A stretch of 32,000 nucleotides of DNA from an uncultured Chloroflexia bacterium (lineage in GTDB: Bacteria > Chloroflexota > Anaerolineae > Anaerolineales > Anaerolineaceae). The DNA lies in the NCBI GenBank assembly GCA_963704755.1, contig OY969938.1:4530001-4562000 (forward strand). The letters are read 5' to 3'. Position numbers and translations under genes: made by a program. This document shows positions 25,603 to 32,000 of the stretch, one piece after another (positions within the stretch are counted from its first letter, which is position 1; each line of letters opens with the position of its first letter). The notes under the pieces are model-generated. The model was given only the letters and a program-made list of their open reading frames with translations, was not told the DNA's origin and did not search any database.

Positions 25603-27090
25603 TTAATTCCGAGCCTCAAGATCATCTACGATCCGTTGGGCAGCCAGGCGGCCGGAGATCATTGCAGTCGGCAAACCGGTGCCGGGTCGGGTGCTGGCGC
25701 CGGTGAAATACAGGTTGTGATAGAGCGGGTGGCGCAGGTCGGGGCGGAATGGGCCTAACTGGGTCAAATTGTGGCACAGGCCGTGGGTAGATCCTTTGAC
25801 CAGGTTGTATCGTTTGCGCCAGGAGAGCGGCGTAAAGTTCATTTCGAACTTGATGTGCGCTTCCAGATCCTCGACGCCTACCGATTTCAACCGGCGGAAT
25901 ACGTCCTGGCGGGCCTGGTCGCGGATAGCGGTCCAATCCTGGTCCTCGCCCTTGTTCATGTGACCCACCGGCACTACTGCCAGCAGGGTATCCTGTCCGG
26001 CCGGGGCCATCGATGGATCCAGCCGGGCAGGGGCATGCACATACAGGCTGGGATTGGCCGGCAGGCCCAGGTCCTGGATGATGCTGTGGAAATTCTCGCG
26101 GTAATCATCCGCCAGGAACAAAGTATGAGGAGGAAGCATATCGTAAGGCTTATCTACACCCCAGAAAAAGCTGATTACCGAGCAGGAATAGCGCTTTCTG
26201 GCCAGCTTCTGTGCATCGCCGTTTTGGGGCAGCAAGTCCTGGTAAACGTACGGCAGGTCGGCATTGGCCAAAACCACATCTGCTTCCATTCGCTGGCCAT
26301 TGATTACGACACCCTGGGTGACCTTGCCGTTGGTGTCGATCTTTTCCACCGGCGTGTTGAAGATGAATTCCACACCGGCTTCGCGAGCCAGAGAAGCCAG
26401 CGCCTCGGCGATCTGGTACATTCCCCCTTTGGGGTACCAGACGCCATGGGCCAGTTCGGTGTAGGGCATCAATGAGAAAGTAGCCGGCGCATCGAAGGGA
26501 CTCAACCCCATGTAGACATCTTGAAACGAGAAGGCTGCCTTCAGGCGCGGGTTAGCGAAATAATTCGACATGTTGGCATAATGCTTTACCAACGGTTTTA
26601 CCTGTTGGACCAGCGGGAGGTTGCTCAACTTGAAGAAATCACTGGCTTTACGAAAATCGGGATAAACCAGTTTCTCCATGCCGATGTTGTAATGCCGTTT
26701 GCCCTCTTCCATGTAGCGCTGGAAACCCTGAAAGCTGCCCGACTCGATGGCTTCCAACTGGTCCTGCAAGGAATCCATATCCGAGGTCAGGGCAAGTTGG
26801 CTGGCATCGTCGAAGACGAGGTGGTAGGTGGGATCGACGCGCCGCAGGTCCAGCAGGCTGTGAATATCCGTCCCAAGGGCGGCAAATTCCTTTTCGTATA
26901 GCAAGCGCATGACCAGCAGGGTAGGGCCGGTGTCGAAATGGTGCCCATCCCGGCTGATGCGGTCGCAGCGCCCGCCTGGGCGGGCATTCTTTTCGATTAT
27001 GGTGACATTAAGGCCGCGTTTGGCTAAATGGATCGCGGCAGTCATCCCGGCGATGCCGGCTCCAATGACGATTACTTTTTTAGTTTTCAT
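25603..27090 (-). CDS. crtI: Phytoene desaturase (CrtI family)
   Basis: 495 aa. N-terminal FAD fold VIVIGAGIAGMTAAIHLAKRGLNVTIIEKNARPGGR, and C-terminal FTGASTRPGTGLP typical of CrtI. Confidence 0.9.
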   Translation of the reverse strand: MKTKKVIVIGAGIAGMTAAIHLAKRGLNVTIIEKNARPGGRCDRISRDGHHFDTGPTLLVMRLLYEKEFAALGTDIHSLLDLRRVDPTYHLVFDDASQLALTSDMDSLQDQLEAIESGSFQGFQRYMEEGKRHYNIGMEKLVYPDFRKASDFFKLSNLPLVQQVKPLVKHYANMSNYFANPRLKAAFSFQDVYMGLSPFDAPATFSLMPYTELAHGVWYPKGGMYQIAEALASLAREAGVEFIFNTPVEKIDTNGKVTQGVVINGQRMEADVVLANADLPYVYQDLLPQNGDAQKLARKRYSCSVISFFWGVDKPYDMLPPHTLFLADDYRENFHSIIQDLGLPANPSLYVHAPARLDPSMAPAGQDTLLAVVPVGHMNKGEDQDWTAIRDQARQDVFRRLKSVGVEDLEAHIKFEMNFTPLSWRKRYNLVKGSTHGLCHNLTQLGPFRPDLRHPLYHNLYFTGASTRPGTGLPTAMISGRLAAQRIVDDLEARN

Positions 27091-27121
27091 TCTTCTTCGG
27101 TTTGATTTTCAGGGTACCGGT

Positions 27122-28027
27122 TTATAGGCTCTGGCTTTTATCCGGGTAAATAAAAAGCGAGGCAATCGTTGACCAGCCCATCCACAGGCTGGCCCACAGG
27201 CCTTTGCGTTCGGGGTATTCGGAGCGCAGGCAGTAATGGTCGCGCTCGATGGTGTGCAGTACCCATTCGAAGCGGGCAGTATAGGCAAATCCGGCCAGAC
27301 GGCAGCGCAAGTTCTTGACCTGGGCAAGGTATTTGCGGCCCTGGCGAAAATATTCGCGTGCCAGGCAGACCCGTTCACAGACCCAGGCCTGATAAGCCCG
27401 GTTTTCTACGTCCCAGGGCGCCAAGCCTTTCTTTTGAAGATATTCTTCCGGTACGTTGAAATATCCTGAGTGGGCATCTTCGAGGGTGTCGCGCAGCATG
27501 TGGGTGATGTGGGCGGCTGTGACGGCCAGGTAGCGGCTTTCGCACTGCGGGGCGGGGTTGTCGTGCCCGATGAAATAATGCATCGCTTCGGTGACGGCGG
27601 TTGCCAGTTTTAGCGCGTAATTCGAGAGCTCGGCTTCCGAGATAACCCGCCCGCGTCGTTCGGCGTCGAAAATCATCACGTCCATCATATTATGCAGATA
27701 GGCGTGCAGCCCGCTGTGGGGGTCCGGGTCGGAGCGGACCAGATCGATCAGCATCTCTTCTTCGGGTCCGGCATTTGCCGGGGCTTCACCGCGATAGCAA
27801 GCTGCCAAAAGTGCATTTTGGCGCGCGGCGAATGCTAATTTTTCAGGCTTCGTGCCGCTTTCCGCATCCAGGACGTCATCCACCCAGCGGAAATAGCCGT
27901 AGGCCTGGTAGGCATGACCAACGCGGCCACGATCTACAAAGTATCGAATGGTGTAATAAGTTTGTTTACTGGCAGCCTTGGTAATTGCCGCGGCCAGGGA
28001 TTGGCTGGAAGTCAGGTTCTGGTCCAT
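27122..28027 (-). CDS. crtB: Phytoene (squalene/phytoene) synthase
   Basis: 301 aa. The Asp-rich segment YGYFRWVDDVLD, plus a second region with RDTLEDA, fits the trans-isoprenyl diphosphate synthase head-to-head family. It is directly upstream of crtI on the same strand. Confidence 0.87.
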   Translation of the reverse strand: MDQNLTSSQSLAAAITKAASKQTYYTIRYFVDRGRVGHAYQAYGYFRWVDDVLDAESGTKPEKLAFAARQNALLAACYRGEAPANAGPEEEMLIDLVRSDPDPHSGLHAYLHNMMDVMIFDAERRGRVISEAELSNYALKLATAVTEAMHYFIGHDNPAPQCESRYLAVTAAHITHMLRDTLEDAHSGYFNVPEEYLQKKGLAPWDVENRAYQAWVCERVCLAREYFRQGRKYLAQVKNLRCRLAGFAYTARFEWVLHTIERDHYCLRSEYPERKGLWASLWMGWSTIASLFIYPDKSQSL

Positions 28028-28215
28028 TTTTACTCGAAAGGTCGTTCACAGTTTAGGCTTTGTTCTGAACATATCTATTTACGCAGAACGACCTTTCGAG
28101 TTGCTAAAAAAAGAACAGGTTAACATAACTTTAAAATTGCCAGCCTGACGGGGTCAATTATTATATAAACCCGTTTGGTTGCAACTCTCTTAAAACAAAA
28201 TTGATTTTGCCCGCT

Positions 28216-29862
28216 TTACTTGACCCATAAAGTAAGCGTCGGGGCAGGCGACCCAAAAGGATTTTCAATCATCACTGCACGATATCCATTCTCTTGGGCA
28301 TAATCGTTCAATGGCTGTTCAAGCCCGCCCGGGTCGAGGGATGTGAACCCGTCGTTATTGGCCTCCATCCCGGTCAGAATCGCATCCGGGGGATCGCCAT
28401 ATAAATAGCCAGTGAGTTCGTCAGGCGAGATGACCCGGTACTCACTGCGCCTCTGGGGAGATAAAAACTGGGCGGTCCGCCAGGAAAAGGGACCCACGGT
28501 AAAAATTGGGTATGTATCCAACCCAGCTCCTAACGGCAAGATTGGAGCAAGGGTCAGAACTTTACAGTTTTGCCTGCAATTGGCTTGTGAGCGAATCTCA
28601 CTACCCAGTTCCTGATATTGGCTGGTGACCCATTCATGGGGAGAATTGAGCAGATTGACCTGATCGACCAGCGCAGGTAAGGTTTGGCCGATGAAAAGGA
28701 ATACGAAAATTGTAACCAGGCTCAGAAGCAGGAAAACCGGGCGCTTATTGAAGAACCGCGGTATTCCCGCGAACAAGCCGGCGATTAAAAACGGCACACC
28801 GTCGGCAAAATACTGTGGCCACAGCGGTGTGGGGGAAAAAGCAGAAATAAACAGCGCCCCCCCAAATAAAAATAAAAAGACGGTAAGGAAAAACTCACGG
28901 TCCCTGGCTTTGCGCCATAGGATAAAGACAGCGATGAATAATATGAGCGAAGCTGTATAAAGCAAAAGATTGTCCGGAGATGAAAACACCTGGTGGATAA
29001 AATAGCTAAGCTTGTCGGGAATATTCATGCTGGTGGCGTATCCCAGCGTCTGGCGATAAACGGTATTCAAGCGAATGTATACAAAATTACCGTAAATGAA
29101 TTGCTGCGGGGCTAAAAGGAACAAAATACCCGCTGGGAGGAGCGCCACAAACCCACCCAAGCCACAAGTGAAGAGGGCTTTAATTTTGTCTTTTCCACCT
29201 GCGAAAACAGGATCGAAGAAAATAGCTAAAAGGAGAGGAAATAGGACAACGGCGAAGTTCAGGTGAGTGCCCAGGGCCAACCCGATCAGCGAGCCACACA
29301 GAAACACCGGTTTACCTTTAGGCTGTTTTACCGAAAGGCGGGTGTAAAGCCATACAGCGATCAGGCAAAGCAAGATCGGCAGGGCGTGGTTGAGAGCCCG
29401 GCCATCCATGTCTTCCAGGGAGGCATTGGTGAGAAAAAGCAAGGCAGCCACTGCACCAAATAAAACACGCACGACGGCTGGATGCTTTTCGAATCCTTTG
29501 ACAGCGATGGCGAACAGGAAAGCCAGGCTGAGAAAAATACAGCCTTCATTGACCAACCTGGCCAACAATAAATCGTTTTGGCGCAAAAAAAGAGCAACCC
29601 CATAAACAAAAGGCATGTAAGGCATGTGCAGGAAGGGATAATTCAGGTAAGGGAGTAAATGGCCGTCTCTGAAGAGTTGCCCGCCGGCGATGAATTGATA
29701 TTCGTCATGGCTCAGCCCAATCCCGACTGCCCGGCTTACGAGAACGGCTCCGGCTCCTGTAAAAAACAAGACAGTGAGCACCCCTCCGGCCAGCTTACTA
29801 TTCAGAAAAGGATGAATGAAATCGATGAGGCTAAGTGGCCCTTTTTTGAGCGATCTCTGCAA
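28216..29862 (-). CDS. Large polytopic membrane protein, GT-C-like glycosyltransferase (ArnT/PMT_2-like), tentative
   Basis: 548 aa with more than 10 hydrophobic helices, an acidic first-loop motif (SHDEYQF), and a C-terminal soluble region of about 150 aa. This architecture resembles GT39/GT83-type enzymes. Confidence 0.45.
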   Translation of the reverse strand: MQRSLKKGPLSLIDFIHPFLNSKLAGGVLTVLFFTGAGAVLVSRAVGIGLSHDEYQFIAGGQLFRDGHLLPYLNYPFLHMPYMPFVYGVALFLRQNDLLLARLVNEGCIFLSLAFLFAIAVKGFEKHPAVVRVLFGAVAALLFLTNASLEDMDGRALNHALPILLCLIAVWLYTRLSVKQPKGKPVFLCGSLIGLALGTHLNFAVVLFPLLLAIFFDPVFAGGKDKIKALFTCGLGGFVALLPAGILFLLAPQQFIYGNFVYIRLNTVYRQTLGYATSMNIPDKLSYFIHQVFSSPDNLLLYTASLILFIAVFILWRKARDREFFLTVFLFLFGGALFISAFSPTPLWPQYFADGVPFLIAGLFAGIPRFFNKRPVFLLLSLVTIFVFLFIGQTLPALVDQVNLLNSPHEWVTSQYQELGSEIRSQANCRQNCKVLTLAPILPLGAGLDTYPIFTVGPFSWRTAQFLSPQRRSEYRVISPDELTGYLYGDPPDAILTGMEANNDGFTSLDPGGLEQPLNDYAQENGYRAVMIENPFGSPAPTLTLWVK

Positions 29863-29914
29863 TGTCTTCTCCCTAAATCGATTTGCGATGGTCTATGGAT
29901 GGGGTGGCGGTCCT

Positions 29915-31435
29915 TCAGTTTTCGTTCATCCGCGGCCGGTATTGCAGCGCTTCGGCCAGGTGCTGGGCCTGGATGCTCTCGCTGCCGGCCAGGTCAGCGA
30001 TGGTACGGGCCAGTTTGAGGATGCGGTGGTAAGCTCGGGCCGAAAGCTGGAACTGGCTCATAGCGGTGCGCATCAAATTCGAGCCGGCCTGGTCCAGGCT
30101 GCAAAATTTACGCACATCGGCGGGGCGCATTTCAGCATTGCTGGCGATATCGCTGCCTGCCAGCCGCTGGCGCTGGATATCACGCGCGGTTTCTACCCGT
30201 TTGCGCACCACATCGGATGGTTCCCCCAACCGTTCGTCGGAAAGTTTTTCGTATTCCACCCTGGGGACCTCGACATAGATATCGATGCGATCCAACAATG
30301 GCCCGGAGATGCGTTTCTGGTAGCGGGTCACGGTCATGGACGAGCAGGTGCAGGGCTTGACCGGGTCCCCATAATAGCCGCAGGGACAGGGATTCATGGC
30401 GGCGATCAATTGAAAATTGGCAGGAAAGGTCAGCGAACCCTGCGCCCGGCTGATGGTGACGATTTTGTCCTCCACCGGCTGGCGCAGCACTTCCAATACC
30501 CGCGGGCCGAATTCAGGCAACTCGTCCAGGAAGAGCACACCCCGGTGGGCCAGTGAAACCTCGCCCGGATGCGGCAGGTTGCCGCCGCCGACCAGCCCGG
30601 CAAAGCTGATCGTATGGTGGGGTGCCCGGAAGGGCCGGTTGCGGATCATAGGCACGTCCGCCGGGAGCTGGTCGGCAACTGAATAGACGCGAGTTACGTC
30701 CAGGGCTTCGTCGATGCTCATACGCGGCAGGATGGCCGGCAGCGCCCGTGCCATGAGGGTCTTCCCGGCGCCGGGGGGACCGGACATCAACACGTTATGC
30801 CCGCCGGCCGCGGCGACTTCCAGGGCGCGTTTGACGTGTTCCTGGCCCTTGATGTCACGGAAGTTGGTCTGGACGGCAACTTCCAATTCCTCGGCTTGCA
30901 CGTGAGGATGCGGTGTGATTTGCGAATTCCCCGCCAGATGATCGGCTAGCTCGATCAGTGATGCGACCGGAATGACATCCAGGTCTGGGATCAGGGCGGC
31001 CTCGGCTGCATCCACCTGGGGTACGACGATCCGTTTGAACCCTTGCTGGCGGGCGACGGCCGCCATGGGGAGCACACCGCGCACGTGACGCACCGAACCG
31101 TCCAGGGAGAGCTCGCCGACCACTAGCGTATCTTCCAGGGAATCCGGGGTAAGCTGATCGGTAGCGATCAACACGCCCAGGGCAATGGGCAAATCGTAAG
31201 CCGGGCCTTCCTTGCGCACCGATGCCGGTGCCAGGTTTACCGTTACCCTTTTGCGCGGATAGAACAGCCCGGCGTTTTTAATCGCGGTCTGGACGCGCTC
31301 GCGGCTTTCTTGTATGGCAGCATCGGGGAGACCCACAATGACCATCATGGGCAGCCCAGGATTGGTATCAACTTCCACTTGTACAATGACGCCGTCGAGA
31401 CCGATCACGGCGCAGGATGGGACGCAGGCAAGCAT
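29915..31435 (-). CDS. comM: YifB/ComM family Mg-chelatase-like ATPase
   Basis: 506 aa. N-terminal Lon-protease-like MLACVPSCAVIGLDG...VGLPD, AAA+ Walker A GPPGAGKT, Walker B LFLDEL, and the zinc-ribbon-like insertion NPCPCGYYGD...CTC. Confidence 0.92.
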   Translation of the reverse strand: MLACVPSCAVIGLDGVIVQVEVDTNPGLPMMVIVGLPDAAIQESRERVQTAIKNAGLFYPRKRVTVNLAPASVRKEGPAYDLPIALGVLIATDQLTPDSLEDTLVVGELSLDGSVRHVRGVLPMAAVARQQGFKRIVVPQVDAAEAALIPDLDVIPVASLIELADHLAGNSQITPHPHVQAEELEVAVQTNFRDIKGQEHVKRALEVAAAGGHNVLMSGPPGAGKTLMARALPAILPRMSIDEALDVTRVYSVADQLPADVPMIRNRPFRAPHHTISFAGLVGGGNLPHPGEVSLAHRGVLFLDELPEFGPRVLEVLRQPVEDKIVTISRAQGSLTFPANFQLIAAMNPCPCGYYGDPVKPCTCSSMTVTRYQKRISGPLLDRIDIYVEVPRVEYEKLSDERLGEPSDVVRKRVETARDIQRQRLAGSDIASNAEMRPADVRKFCSLDQAGSNLMRTAMSQFQLSARAYHRILKLARTIADLAGSESIQAQHLAEALQYRPRMNEN

Positions 31436-31623
31436 GATATGAGTTTAGGGGAAAGGGTTAATTTTTGTCAAGTAAAATTTGAAGTGAGCTTGCATTAATC
31501 ACTAACTTTATACAGGGTGGAAGGATCATATATATAGGCAAGTAAATTTGGAATATGAGGGAATCAAGAGATCACCCATTAGTGGTGATTCTCATTTCGA
31601 TGGAGTGCACCTTCGGGAAAATT

Positions 31624-32000
31624 ATGGATGAATTTCAAAGTATAAAACTGCTCAAACAAGGTGATATCCATGGATTAGAGATCCTGGTGGATCGCTATTA
31701 TTTCAAGGCTGTCCGCGCGGCGTATTTGATCCTCTTTGATCGCGACCAGTCTGAAGATATCGTCCAAGATTGTTTCATCCACGCCTATGAAAAAATCGAC
31801 CAGTTGAATTCGGATCAATTTGCCCCCTGGTTTTTTCGCAGTGTGGTCAATGCCGCCCTGAAAGCTTATAAAAAATCTGCCCAATCTGTTTCGATCGAGG
31901 ATGTCGATGAACAATTCTCGATGGATGCCTGGTTGGATCGTTCACCTGGATCTCTTGAGGATGAAGTCCAGGCCAACGAGCTGAAACGATCGGTTGGCGA
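31624..32000 (+). CDS. ECF-type sigma-70 family RNA polymerase sigma factor (partial, runs off the window)
   Basis: Open frame from ATG 31624 (an in-frame alternative ATG is at 31600) to the window end, with no stop. It is missing from the ORF track because it is unterminated. Translation MDEFQSIKLLKQGDIHGLEILVDRYYFKAVRAAYLILFDRDQSEDIVQDCFIHAYEKIDQLNSDQFAPWFFRSVVNAALK matches the sigma region 2 pattern. Confidence 0.8.
   Translation, partial: MDEFQSIKLLKQGDIHGLEILVDRYYFKAVRAAYLILFDRDQSEDIVQDCFIHAYEKIDQLNSDQFAPWFFRSVVNAALKAYKKSAQSVSIEDVDEQFSMDAWLDRSPGSLEDEVQANELKRSVG

Noticed and set aside
25771-26475. 234-aa ORF antisense to crtI. The same applies to 29816-30556, antisense to comM.
   Set aside because: These are shadow ORFs opposite genes with unambiguous family motifs.

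Overview
Bacterial chromosomal window. Housekeeping genes are clearly above 50% G+C by eye. The gene content (nrdR-nrdJ, F420-type LLM oxidoreductase, crtB-crtI, comM) is compatible with a Chloroflexota-like organism, but the taxon cannot be fixed from sequence alone. Layout: (1) nrdR-nrdJ operon, 374-3438. (2) A patchwork accessory segment, about 3.56-12 kb. It holds a very AT-rich islet with small membrane-anchored ORFs, a REP/REPIN cluster (11 copies of one palindromic core) around a RAYT-type Y1 transposase, and a 212-214-bp tandem array. It also holds an orphan small ORF, a dienelactone hydrolase, and a lower-GC KAP-family P-loop NTPase locus. (3) Ordinary metabolic and regulatory genes: MazG-like, PNPOx-like, TetR plus SAM-methyltransferase, zinc-ribbon orphan, VOC, lipoprotein, AKR, LLM oxidoreductase, PadR-DUF4180, lysA, flavin reductase, CPBP-like, a frameshifted deacetylase-like gene, crtB-crtI, a GT-C-like membrane protein, comM and a partial ECF sigma factor. 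The best candidate for an undescribed system is the KAP NTPase locus (8410-11927). The NTPase is split exactly between its two inserted TM helices by a 7-bp tandem duplication (TTTAAAC x2). It is separated from the next ORF by a single in-frame TGA, and is followed by two all-helical proteins I cannot assign to a family. This is either a three-gene membrane-NTPase (defence-like) module carrying a frameshift switch, or one giant KAP gene in decay. Also notable are the RAYT/REPIN cluster with its phased ATCTGYG triplets, and several long perfect palindromes placed 3' of genes. Two of those palindromes are homologous and carry mirrored substitutions. All functional calls come from motif reading of the supplied translations; no database search was run.
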